The notes under the pieces are model-generated. The model was not told the DNA's origin. It did no database searches and worked only from the letters and a program-made list of their open reading frames with translations. Below are positions 38,547-47,377 of a DNA stretch of 64,000 nt, piece by piece. Every line of letters starts with the position of its first letter. Position 1 is the stretch's first letter. The stretch spans positions 336,142 through 400,141 of the forward strand of contig CBDCXM010000009.1 in NCBI GenBank assembly GCA_965223855.1. Direction: 5' to 3'. A program made the position numbers and the translations under genes. The DNA comes from Candidatus Multivoradales bacterium (lineage in GTDB: Bacteria; Acidobacteriota; Thermoanaerobaculia; Multivoradales; JAHEKO01).

Positions 38547-40127
38547 ATGGCGGCTAAGCGTCGGCAGGGGAAGGGCTCCTACGGCCGCTGGCAACTGCCG
38601 GTGGCGAGGCGCTATCTCGTCCCGGGGTCGAGGGGGCGTCGGATGGTCCTGGCGGCCGCGCTCTTCGCGCTCATCCTGGCCGCGGTGGCGGCAGACTTCC
38701 GGCTGCGGCGCGGCAAGGCGCTCTCCAAGGGCGCGCTGTCGTCGCACCACGCCCTCCAGGAGCAGGACTGCGCCTCCTGCCACGTCGAGTTCGATGCGGT
38801 GAGCGACGACCGCTGCTCCTCGTGCCACGAGAAGTTCGGCGATCAGCTCGGCGTCTACACCTTCGCCGCTCACTACCTGTACCGGTCGACCGACTTCCAG
38901 CGCGTCGTCGCCTCGGAACACGAGCTGCCGTGCTCCTCCTGCCATCTCGAGCACGCGGGGCGCGAAGCTCAGATCACCCGCGTACCGGATTCGCGCTGTC
39001 TCGACTGTCACGAATACGGCGCCTTCGGCGACGACCACCCGGAGTTCGCCTTCGCGCGGGAGGAGGCCGCCGAGGCGGGCGGCCTGCACTTCCCTCACAT
39101 CGAGCACATTCGCGAAGTGATGGCGCAGCAGAACCTGCACGACGTCGAGCGGTCGTGCCTCTACTGTCATCGGCCGGAGGCGGACGGGCGCTCGTTCCAG
39201 CCGATCGAGTTCGATCTCCATTGCGACTCCTGCCACCTCACGACGACTACGGCGACGCCGCGGCTGCCGATCGCAGGAGAGGCGGGCGAGGAGGATGGTC
39301 CCGGAGTCGAGACGCTGGAAGCAATCCGCGCTCGCGGCGGCCCGGGCACGGAGTGGGCCTACTACACGAACCCCAACGAGTTCCGCCGCACCGGGCCGCG
39401 GATCCTCAAGTCGCCGCTGCATCACGAGGATCCATGGATTCTCGACAACCTGCGCCGGCTGCGGCGCGAGCTCTATCCCGACGCCGGGCTCGCCGACCTC
39501 CTGACCGCCTCCCCCGATGCCCCGGTGCATCGATTGAGCGAGGTCTACGGCGAGGCGATCGCCACCCTGCAGTCACAGGTCGACGGCCTGCGTGCCCGCC
39601 CCGAGCCGGAGATCCAACGTGACCTCGCGAAGCTCTCCGCGCTCCTGACCGAGGCGGAGCGGAGCCTCCTCGATCCCTATACCCCCCTCGACGAGACCGA
39701 GTTCCAGCTCGCCCTCGAGCGACCCGATCCGAATCTGTCGGCGGAGCAAGTCGACTCGATCGACCGCCTCGCCGACGAGCTGACGACGCCGTGCCGCCAG
39801 TGCCACATCGTCGAGAACGCCACCCTCGCCCGGGTCCAGACCGATCAGCGGACTCTCCTGAGCGCCGAGTTCGACCACCGCGCCCACATCCTCCAGCGGC
39901 GCTGTCTCGACTGCCATCGCGAGATCCCCGTACTCGAGCACCTGAACTCCCCCGAGCCGGTCGATCCCGCGATCGACAACGCCGGCATTCACAACCTGCC
40001 GCGCATCGAAGCGTGCCGGGAGTGCCACCAGCCGCGCCAGGTCTCGGACCGCTGCGTCACCTGCCACGTCTTTCATCCGGACAAGAACCGGCGATCGGAA
40101 CTGCTGCTCTACCTGGAGACCGGCTGA
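38547..40127 (+). CDS. membrane-anchored multihaem c-type cytochrome, 10 CxxCH sites
   Basis: N-terminal TM anchor (MVLAAALFALILAAVAADF). Ten CxxCH motifs were counted (CASCH, CSSCH x2, CLDCH x2, CLYCH, CDSCH, CRQCH, CRECH, CVTCH). Confidence 0.75.
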   Translation: MAAKRRQGKGSYGRWQLPVARRYLVPGSRGRRMVLAAALFALILAAVAADFRLRRGKALSKGALSSHHALQEQDCASCHVEFDAVSDDRCSSCHEKFGDQLGVYTFAAHYLYRSTDFQRVVASEHELPCSSCHLEHAGREAQITRVPDSRCLDCHEYGAFGDDHPEFAFAREEAAEAGGLHFPHIEHIREVMAQQNLHDVERSCLYCHRPEADGRSFQPIEFDLHCDSCHLTTTTATPRLPIAGEAGEEDGPGVETLEAIRARGGPGTEWAYYTNPNEFRRTGPRILKSPLHHEDPWILDNLRRLRRELYPDAGLADLLTASPDAPVHRLSEVYGEAIATLQSQVDGLRARPEPEIQRDLAKLSALLTEAERSLLDPYTPLDETEFQLALERPDPNLSAEQVDSIDRLADELTTPCRQCHIVENATLARVQTDQRTLLSAEFDHRAHILQRRCLDCHREIPVLEHLNSPEPVDPAIDNAGIHNLPRIEACRECHQPRQVSDRCVTCHVFHPDKNRRSELLLYLETG

Positions 40128-40465
40128 TGGGAGCGCGGCTGCTGTGCAAGACCGGCAAGCTGGAGGGGCTCGAGTTCTCGCTCGGCGAAGAGACGACCGT
40201 GGGTCGCCGCCGCTCGAGCGACGCGGTGGTCGACGCCCCCGGGGTTTCGGGCACGCACGCGACGATCCGCTGGTCGGAGGAGGGCGGCCGCTACGAGCTC
40301 GAGGACCTCGGCAGTACCAACGGCACCCTGCTCGACGGCGTCCCCGCCCAGGGCATCGAGCCTCTCGGGACCCTGCACGTCATCACCTTCGGGCGGCACC
40401 ACAGCTTCATCTTCGTGTGGGACGGCGCGACCCCGACCGGCACGACGAGCGCCGAGGAGGAGTAG
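40127..40465 (+). CDS. small FHA-domain protein
   Basis: ATGA overlap with the decahaem gene. FHA signature (TVGRRRSSDAVVDAPGVSGTHATI...DLGSTNGTLLDG). 112 aa. Confidence 0.6.
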   Translation: MGARLLCKTGKLEGLEFSLGEETTVGRRRSSDAVVDAPGVSGTHATIRWSEEGGRYELEDLGSTNGTLLDGVPAQGIEPLGTLHVITFGRHHSFIFVWDGATPTGTTSAEEE

Positions 40466-40519
40466 GCCGCTCTCCCCCCCTCGGCCTCGGCCCCTCGGAG
40501 AACTCCGAGCCCGGGCTCG

Positions 40520-41017
40520 TCAGGACTCTCGCGAATCGGGCGGCGAATCGGGCTTGGCCTTCTTGAGGAAGCGCAGCGTCAAGAAGTTGGCGAGCGTGAG
40601 CGCAACGGCGATCTCGAAACGCCCGACCGCGACCGCCACGCCGACCGCGGCGGTACTCCAGATGCTCGCCGCGGTCGCCGTGCCGTGTACGGTCACTCCG
40701 CGCTTGACGATCGCCCCACCACCGAGGAAACCGACCCCGGTCAGCAGCCCCTGGATGATCCTGCCGAGTTCCGGGCTGGCGTTGCCGAGCACCGAGCGCG
40801 CCAGCAGCACATAGGCGGTGCTCGCCATCGCCACCAGCGGGAAGGTGCGCAACCCGAGACTGCGCTCCTCCTGTTCGCGGTCCCACGCGATCGGCAACGC
40901 AAGCAGAAACGAAGCGCCGAGCAGCAGGAGGTGCTCCAGGACGCTCGCCGGATCGACCAGTTCGCTCAAACCGTCTCCTCCCCCGCTCCCTCGCCGCTCA
41001 TCATGTCGGCGATCCAC
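40520..41017 (-). CDS. MgtC/SapB-family membrane protein
   Basis: MgtC-like TM core (GLLTGVGFLGGGAIVKRG, IWSTAAVGVAVAVG). The start may lie downstream of 41017, because that start overlaps the MarR gene end by 52 nt. Confidence 0.55.
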   Translation of the reverse strand: MDRRHDERRGSGGGDGLSELVDPASVLEHLLLLGASFLLALPIAWDREQEERSLGLRTFPLVAMASTAYVLLARSVLGNASPELGRIIQGLLTGVGFLGGGAIVKRGVTVHGTATAASIWSTAAVGVAVAVGRFEIAVALTLANFLTLRFLKKAKPDSPPDSRES

Positions 41018-41466
41018 TCGACCGCACCGATCAGGTCCTGCCGCTGCCGGTCGTCGAGCGAGTCGAAGCGCCGCTGAAACTCATCGCCCAGTGGCAGCGG
41101 CAGCCGGGCGGCGACCGCTCTGCCCGCCTCCGTCGCGACGATATGCACGTTGCGGCGATCCACCGGGTCGCGAACCCGGTCGATCCAACCCTTCGCTTCG
41201 AGGCGATCGATCACACCGACGAGGGTGCTCGGGCTGACGAAGAGTTGAGCCGCGATCGCGCGGGAGGTCACCGCCTCGCCCGTCACGACAGCGAGCAGGC
41301 ACAGGAGCTGAGGCATCGTGACCCCTTCGCGGTTCGACAGTCCCCGCGAATGGACGTCGAGCGCATGGCCCATGCGGCGAACGGCCGCTACCAGAGCGAG
41401 CGACTGCTCGAGGGAGCGCTCAGTCCTGTCCGGGGGCAAGGCTTCGCTTGACAAGGCCGACACCAA
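40966..41466 (-). CDS. MarR-family transcriptional regulator
   Basis: Winged-helix MarR pattern (TMPQLLCLLAVVTGEAVTSRAIAAQLFVSPSTLVGVIDRLEAKGWIDRVRDPVDRRNVHIV). TTG or GTG start. Confidence 0.65.
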   Translation of the reverse strand: MVSALSSEALPPDRTERSLEQSLALVAAVRRMGHALDVHSRGLSNREGVTMPQLLCLLAVVTGEAVTSRAIAAQLFVSPSTLVGVIDRLEAKGWIDRVRDPVDRRNVHIVATEAGRAVAARLPLPLGDEFQRRFDSLDDRQRQDLIGAVEWIADMMSGEGAGEETV

Positions 41467-41530
41467 TCATTAGTGTAAGAACCGTTACAGCAGTACCGCT
41501 TGCTTCAAGAACAGTCTAAAGGAGCCCCCC

Positions 41531-42469
41531 GTGGACATCAACCAGGCACTCGAGCCCGCGAAAGACCGTCTCCAGGAGTGGGGCGACACCTTGATCGCAC
41601 TGGCGCCGAATCTCGTCGCCGGAATCCTGATTCTCGTCTGTGCCTGGCTCCTCTCGAAGCTCGGCCGCCGAGCGGTCGAGAAGATCGCACTCCGAGCCGC
41701 CGCCCGCAGCGCCATCGCGAGACTGCTCGGCACGGCCACGGCCGTCGGCATCATGGTCGCCGGTCTGTTCGTCGCCCTCGGGGTGCTGCAACTCGACAAG
41801 ACGGTGACCTCCCTCCTCGCCGGTGCCGGTGTGATCGGAATCGCCCTCGGTTTCGCTGCGCAGAGCATGGCGGCGAACATCCTCTCCGGCACCGTCATCT
41901 CGCTGCGCAAGCCGTACAAGGAGGGAGACGTCATCGAGTCGGCGGAGCACTTCGGCACCGTCGAGGTGATCGACCTTCGCGTGACCGAGATCCTCACGCC
42001 CGAGGGCCAGACTGTCCTGCTACCGAACAAAGAGGTTCTCGAGCAGCCGCTCGTCAACTACAGCAGACTCGGACTGCGCAGGATCGATCTCAGCGTCGGC
42101 GTCTCCTACTCCGACGATCTCGACTCGGCGGCCGCTATCGCGAGAGAGGCGGTCTCCGGCATCTCGAGTCGCCTCGAGGAACGCGAGGTCGAACTCTTCT
42201 ACACCGAGTTCGGGTCGAGCTCGATCGACTTCACGGTGCGCTTCTGGATTCCGTTCGAGCGCCAGAGCGACTACCTGTCGGCCCGATCGGAAGCGATCGT
42301 CCGCATCAAGAAGGCGTTCGACGCCCACGACATCACCATCCCGTTCCCGATCCGGACTCTCGACTTCGGCATCGAGGGGGCTCAGACGCCCGATGCCGTG
42401 ATCACCGCCCTCCCCGCCCTCGGGAGCCCGACACCTCATCATCACACTACGGAAAGGAAGGCCTCATGA
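41531..42469 (+). CDS. mechanosensitive ion channel, MscS family
   Basis: GTG start with AAAGGAG Shine-Dalgarno. Three N-terminal TM helices plus the MscS beta-domain (GDVIESAEHFGTVEVIDLRVTEILTPEGQTVLLPN). Confidence 0.75.
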   Translation: MDINQALEPAKDRLQEWGDTLIALAPNLVAGILILVCAWLLSKLGRRAVEKIALRAAARSAIARLLGTATAVGIMVAGLFVALGVLQLDKTVTSLLAGAGVIGIALGFAAQSMAANILSGTVISLRKPYKEGDVIESAEHFGTVEVIDLRVTEILTPEGQTVLLPNKEVLEQPLVNYSRLGLRRIDLSVGVSYSDDLDSAAAIAREAVSGISSRLEEREVELFYTEFGSSSIDFTVRFWIPFERQSDYLSARSEAIVRIKKAFDAHDITIPFPIRTLDFGIEGAQTPDAVITALPALGSPTPHHHTTERKAS

Positions 42470-42783
42470 ACCGTCATCGCAGAAGACAGGTCCAGCAGCG
42501 ACTGAACTCCGAGCATCACCGGCTGGAGGCTCGTCTCCACCTCGTCAAGGCGCGCATCGCCCGGCTGCGAGCCGAGCTCGCCGGCACCTCCCGTTCGGCG
42601 CTCGACCGGGTCGAGGAGCGCAAGCAGAAGTTCGAGCGCGCGCTCGACCGCCTGGAGCAGGCCGGGGCGGACACCTGGGAGGCGGCCGGGCGTCACGCCT
42701 CGAGCGCCTGGAGTCACCTCGAGAGCGCCTACCGCGATCTCACCCGCGGCCTCGACCGCAACTTGTCGACCGACGCCGGCTAA
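42466..42783 (+). CDS. hypothetical small coiled-coil protein
   Basis: ATGA overlap with the MscS gene and a GGAAAGGAAGG Shine-Dalgarno. Highly charged helical sequence. No recognised domain. Confidence 0.4.
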   Translation: MNRHRRRQVQQRLNSEHHRLEARLHLVKARIARLRAELAGTSRSALDRVEERKQKFERALDRLEQAGADTWEAAGRHASSAWSHLESAYRDLTRGLDRNLSTDAG

Positions 42784-42820
42784 ACAACCGGACGTCCGGG
42801 CTACTGCTCCGGCGCCGGCC

Positions 42821-44440
42821 TCAGTCGAGGATCGGATCCTTGTAGCCCGTGAGCTGCCAGCGGATCAGCGATACCGGAATGACTCCGGCGGCGTCGACTT
42901 CCTCGAAGAAGCCCGAGAGGGTGAAGTCGTCGCCGAGCTGCTCCGAGCGCTCCCGCAGCAGCTCCTCGATCAGCACCTTGCCCGTGATGTAGCTCGTGCC
43001 GTAGCCCGGCTGGCGCAGGTAGAGAAGCTGTTCGAACCCGAGCAGGTCGAGGTCCTCGCGCATCCAGCCCCGCGGCGTCCATTCGACGTGAAAGTCGCGC
43101 GCCTCGGCCATCGTCTTGTCGTTGGAGTGAACCCACAGCGACCCGAGGCCGCGCGCGGCGCGCTGCGCGAGCATGATCCAGACGATCTCGCGCACCCGCG
43201 GATTGTCGTCATAGAGGCCGGCGTGCATCATCATCTCCTCGACCCCGGTCGCCATCCCCTCGGCGCGCGAGTCGAAGATGTTGTAGAGGAGCGGCCCGCG
43301 GCGGATCGGGCTGGGGTGCGGGTCGCTCTCCATCCGTGCGAGATCCCACCAGTGGTAGAAGTGGGTCCACAGCGTCATCGGCTCGAAATGGATCGCCGTG
43401 CGGAAGAAGTTGCGCTCCTGCTCGGGAACAAAACTGCCGATCCGGGCCCGTAGCGCCGGGTCCATGTAGTCCTTCATCTCGAGGACGTCGTTGTCCTCGA
43501 GGAAGCGCAGGTAGTCCGTCACCGCAGCGTTGGCCCGCTCGTCGTACTCCTCGGGCGAGGCGATCGCCACGAGAGGCGGCAGATCACGGTTGCGGTGCTC
43601 CTCGAGCCGCAGGGAGGCGTGCGCGCGGTCGAGCTCACGCTCGAGCAGGCGCACCTCGTCCTCCCAGGTCAGCGGCACCAGGTGGACGTTGTGCAGATAC
43701 CAGGTGTAGTGCTCGCGGCCGATGCCGGAGGAACCGGTCTTGGACGCCGTCTGCTGCTCGAGCCAGCCGATGAAGTCGACCGTCGCCCGGTGGGCCGCGG
43801 CGCGCGCCTCGGCAAGTGCGTCGCCGGCGCCCTCGATCCGATCGGCGAGCCCGGCCAGAACTTCGGCCTGGTCGCGCAGGTCGCCGATCCCCGCTTCCCA
43901 CAGCTCTCGCGCGTTGCCGGTCAGGTTGCCGCGAGCCTGGGCCAGAAGCGGCGCGATGGTCGAGAGTTCCGAACGCAGCTTCTCCGCAGCAGCCTCGGTG
44001 AGCGGGAACTCGTAGGTCCACAACTCGACCACGCCGTGATGAGTCGGCCCCTCGTGAGCCGGTGTGTCACTCTGATAGGTCCACACCGACTTGTAGAAGG
44101 CGGGATCGCGCTGCCACGGCCGGAGCACCCGCAGGTTGAAGTCGAGCCCGTTCATCTCGGCGCGCACGATGTGGTAATCCACCTGCCGTTCGACCGGCCA
44201 ACCTTCCGGGTCGATCGCCGCCAGCCGCTGCTGTAGCGCTTCGAGACCGGTCCGCTGTTCGGCCAGGGCAGCCTCGGTGTAGTCGGGCGCACCGTCGAGA
44301 AGTCGCGGTCGCTCCAGCTGGCGCCAGTCGGCGAAGAGATCGAGCAGCTCTTCGTAGCCGTCGGCTGCCGCGGGTGAAACGGTCGCGGCGATCGAAACAA
44401 CGGCAAGCAGGGTCGCGATCGTGAGTCGTGGGCTCTTCAT
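42821..44440 (-). CDS. secreted protein, DUF885-like (uncharacterised; putative hydrolase)
   Basis: Signal peptide. 539 aa. General resemblance to the DUF885 family (weak recollection). Confidence 0.4.
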   Translation of the reverse strand: MKSPRLTIATLLAVVSIAATVSPAAADGYEELLDLFADWRQLERPRLLDGAPDYTEAALAEQRTGLEALQQRLAAIDPEGWPVERQVDYHIVRAEMNGLDFNLRVLRPWQRDPAFYKSVWTYQSDTPAHEGPTHHGVVELWTYEFPLTEAAAEKLRSELSTIAPLLAQARGNLTGNARELWEAGIGDLRDQAEVLAGLADRIEGAGDALAEARAAAHRATVDFIGWLEQQTASKTGSSGIGREHYTWYLHNVHLVPLTWEDEVRLLERELDRAHASLRLEEHRNRDLPPLVAIASPEEYDERANAAVTDYLRFLEDNDVLEMKDYMDPALRARIGSFVPEQERNFFRTAIHFEPMTLWTHFYHWWDLARMESDPHPSPIRRGPLLYNIFDSRAEGMATGVEEMMMHAGLYDDNPRVREIVWIMLAQRAARGLGSLWVHSNDKTMAEARDFHVEWTPRGWMREDLDLLGFEQLLYLRQPGYGTSYITGKVLIEELLRERSEQLGDDFTLSGFFEEVDAAGVIPVSLIRWQLTGYKDPILD

Positions 44441-44556
44441 GGCATCCTCCCGGGTAGTCGAACCCCGAGTGTGCCAGAGCCGGCGCTTCTCCAGAGCCGA
44501 GGCCTGGCCGGAGCCGTACCTTCTTCTGCAAGCGGAGACACGGACAAGGAGATGCC

Positions 44557-45018
44557 ATGCACGAGATGAGCGCCCTCACCACCTGGTTCCTGCCCTTCCT
44601 GCCCAAGCTCTTCGCCGCCTTCGCCGCCGGCGCCATCGTCGGCCTCGAACGCCAGCGTGCCAGCGGCTCGATCGGCATCCGGCACTGCGTTCTGGTATGC
44701 GCCGGCGCGACGACCTACATGGCGACCGGCCACCTGATCCTCGAACACACCCAACTCGTGGGCGATCCGACCCGCATAGCGAGTCAGATCATCACCGGCA
44801 TCGGCTTCCTCGGCGCCGGCGCGATCCTGCGCGGGGACGGCGGCGTGAGCGGCCTCGCTTCCGCCGCCACCGTATGGTTCCTGGGCGCTCTCGGAATCCT
44901 GATCGGCTGCGACTTCCCCCTGATCGGAGTCCTCCTGGCAGCGGTGGTCGCCCTTCTGCTGATGGCGCTCAGCAGCTTCGAGACAAGCCTGAGGAAGCGG
45001 CGAGCCAGTTCAGGCTAG
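44557..45018 (+). CDS. MgtC/SapB-family membrane protein (second paralogue)
   Basis: IITGIGFLGAGAILRGDGGVSGLASAATVWFLGALGILIG matches the MgtC core. Confidence 0.6.
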   Translation: MHEMSALTTWFLPFLPKLFAAFAAGAIVGLERQRASGSIGIRHCVLVCAGATTYMATGHLILEHTQLVGDPTRIASQIITGIGFLGAGAILRGDGGVSGLASAATVWFLGALGILIGCDFPLIGVLLAAVVALLLMALSSFETSLRKRRASSG

Positions 45019-45482
45019 CCGTCTCCGCGGCGCACCAGCGGCCGGCGACGATCGAGCACTCTGCGTGGGCGCTCCCGCTCGCGCAACGCCTGCAGGCCTC
45101 GTTCGACCGCCGCCTGTTGCACCGCGCGTTCGAACGCCTCGCTCTCGTCGATCTGCGCCTGCCTCTTCGCCAGGTAGGCGTCCCTCGCCTCCGCCTGCCG
45201 GGCGAGCCAGTTGCGCACGGAGGCCCGCGTCGCGCGCTGCCGCCGCCTCAGCTCGCCGACGGTAGCGGAGCCGCCGTCGGCGCCGACGAGAACCCGCTCG
45301 TCGGGCAGCGCCCGGATCTGAGCGGGCCTCATGGTCTCGAGCTGCCTTGCGGTGATGCGCTCCGTCGTCGCGACGGGCGCCTCCCGCGCTTGAACTCTGC
45401 GCTGGGCATCGCCCTGCGTTGCCAGCGCCCAGACCGCCATAGTCATCGCACCAGCCACCAGCAATCTCGCTCTCGTCCTCAT
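45015..45482 (-). CDS. hypothetical secreted protein
   Basis: Start at internal ATG 45482, giving signal peptide MRTRARLLVAGAMTMAVWALA. Charged helical C-terminal part. 8 nt downstream of the preceding gene. Confidence 0.4.
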   Translation of the reverse strand: MRTRARLLVAGAMTMAVWALATQGDAQRRVQAREAPVATTERITARQLETMRPAQIRALPDERVLVGADGGSATVGELRRRQRATRASVRNWLARQAEARDAYLAKRQAQIDESEAFERAVQQAAVERGLQALRERERPRRVLDRRRPLVRRGDG

Positions 45483-45490
45483 CGCCGCTC

Positions 45491-46597
45491 CTACTTGTGA
45501 GAGGTGCACACCGGACCGCGAATGAAGACGTCCAGCGTGTACAGGATCTTGTCGTTCGGGGTGACGACCCAGTCGATCGAGGGCCGCCACGACGTTGCAC
45601 CCGGGACGAATCCCGAAGGAAGTGTTCCCGACGCAGGGGTCGTCCTCCCCTCGTCCGGGTCGGTCTCGTCTTCGAGGTGACTGCTGAACTCGGCGTGATC
45701 GAGCACCCAGCCGTTGCTCAGAGAGATCTGGTACCGGTCGGTGCCCGAGTCGTCACCGATCGTCCCCCAGCAGTTCTCGTGAGAGGCGCGGATGGTCGGC
45801 GGCGGCGATCCCACGACGACACCTTCCTGGATGCCGAGGATGTCGGCGACCCCCCACTGACAGGAGCCCTCGAAGCTCGCGCCGGTGCAGCCACCGGCGT
45901 TGGCGTCCCGACCGCACTCGAGGTTGACGACGTCCTCGGTCGGGAACTGACGGACTTCGGTCGGTACCGGCACGGGAAAGACCGGCGACAGCTTTCCGTC
46001 GGCCGTCTCGATCTGAATGCCGAAGACGCAGTTGTCGTGAACGCCGGCCGGCACGAGGCCGCCGATCGCGTCATCGAACCAGTTCTCCACCTCGAGTTGG
46101 TGGCTCGTCGTCGGCGAGGCGATGAACCACACCTTGCCCGCCTGATCGCCGAAGCCGCTGCCACCGACCAGCAGACCGAGCCCCGGCGTGATCCCGAAGC
46201 CGAAGATCCGCTCGATGCGGGGACCCGGTATGTACTCGAACCCGCGCTCGAACTCCCGGCGTTCGAGCCGGATCCGCACGGAGATCTGGATCTCGTCCTG
46301 GCCGACGATGTTGCAGTCGCCCGACGTCACCCGCGCCGGGAAGCTGCCCGGGCTGTCGTAGACGTGGTCGAGGTCGGCCAGCGGCAAGGCGGCGTTGTTG
46401 AAGGCGTCCGAGTCGCCGTCGCCGTAGTCGAGCGTGACATCGCAGATGCCCTGCCCCTCGACCCGGAAGGTGACCGTGTCGCCGACGAAGACCGAAGCCG
46501 GGTTCGCGGAAATCCCCGAAACAAAGTCCTGCGCCAGCGCCGGCGAGCTGACGATCCAGAGCGTCGCCGCGACGCACCCCAACAGGCGGTTCCTCAT
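45491..46597 (-). CDS. hypothetical secreted Cys-containing protein with PKD/Ig-like N-terminal segment
   Basis: Start at internal ATG 46597 with AAAGGGGGG Shine-Dalgarno and signal peptide (MRNRLLGCVAATLWIVSSPALA). VFVGDTVTFRVEGQG...DYGDGD resembles a PKD domain. The upstream part of ORF 45491..47725 is antisense to the deaminase gene. Confidence 0.45.
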   Translation of the reverse strand: MRNRLLGCVAATLWIVSSPALAQDFVSGISANPASVFVGDTVTFRVEGQGICDVTLDYGDGDSDAFNNAALPLADLDHVYDSPGSFPARVTSGDCNIVGQDEIQISVRIRLERREFERGFEYIPGPRIERIFGFGITPGLGLLVGGSGFGDQAGKVWFIASPTTSHQLEVENWFDDAIGGLVPAGVHDNCVFGIQIETADGKLSPVFPVPVPTEVRQFPTEDVVNLECGRDANAGGCTGASFEGSCQWGVADILGIQEGVVVGSPPPTIRASHENCWGTIGDDSGTDRYQISLSNGWVLDHAEFSSHLEDETDPDEGRTTPASGTLPSGFVPGATSWRPSIDWVVTPNDKILYTLDVFIRGPVCTSHK

Positions 46598-46686
46598 AGT
46601 CCCCCCTTTTGAACTGAGAGCCCTCATTGTCTCAGATGGGGGCGAGACTCCTGTGGTCTGCGTTACAGGACGCGTGTCGACCCGCC

Positions 46687-47169
46687 TCAGGCGATCTCGG
46701 TCACCCGCTCGTCCTGCGGTCCCTCGACCGCCTCGACGGCCACCCCGTGCGCGCGCAGATAGTCGACCCCGTTGGCGCCCGCGTAGCCTCCGCCGACGAC
46801 GACCACCTTGGTGATGCCCGCGTGGTGAATCAGTTTCGCGCACAGCACGCATGGCTCGCCGGTGACGAGCAGCCAGGCTCCCTGGGTGGCGACGCCGGAA
46901 GCCGCACAGTTGCAGATGACGTTCATCTCCGCATGGTGGCAGCCGATCTCCATCCGCGTTCCCGACTGCACCCCGAGCTCGTCGCGCGAGCAGACATCTC
47001 CGCCGCACAGATCCCCGCCGCCGCGCGGACCCCCGTTGTAGCCGTCCATCAGGGTCACGTTGCGGCTCGGGTCGAGCAACAGAGCCCCGAACTTTCGCCG
47101 CGGGCAGTTCGACGCCTTGGCGAGCGCCAGACACTGCTCGATCCGGATGCGGATGTGTTTTTCTTTCAA
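46687..47169 (-). CDS. dCMP / cytidine-deoxycytidylate deaminase family protein
   Basis: Zinc-binding CDA signature (CHAEMNVI...PCVLCAKLI). Confidence 0.7.
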   Translation of the reverse strand: MKEKHIRIRIEQCLALAKASNCPRRKFGALLLDPSRNVTLMDGYNGGPRGGGDLCGGDVCSRDELGVQSGTRMEIGCHHAEMNVICNCAASGVATQGAWLLVTGEPCVLCAKLIHHAGITKVVVVGGGYAGANGVDYLRAHGVAVEAVEGPQDERVTEIA

Positions 47170-47377
47170 CTCGAAATCTCCTCCGCGCCGATCTGTTGCG
47201 GCACCCGATGCTGTGTCGCCTCAACGAACAGAGCCTCGCCGAACTCTTGGGTGGCTCGCTCTCGAGGAGAGAACGGCCCTCGTGCGACGAGGGAACGATA
47301 GCAGCGACGCCTCTCACTGAACTCCGGCTCCGTGGCGTTGTAGTCTTCTCAGCAAATCTGTCGAATTGGAGAAGTTG

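Noticed and set aside
42788-42799. Perfect 12-nt palindrome ccggacgtccgg between convergent genes
   Set aside because: Could form only a 4-bp stem with a 4-nt loop and has no following T-tract, so it is not a convincing intrinsic terminator.
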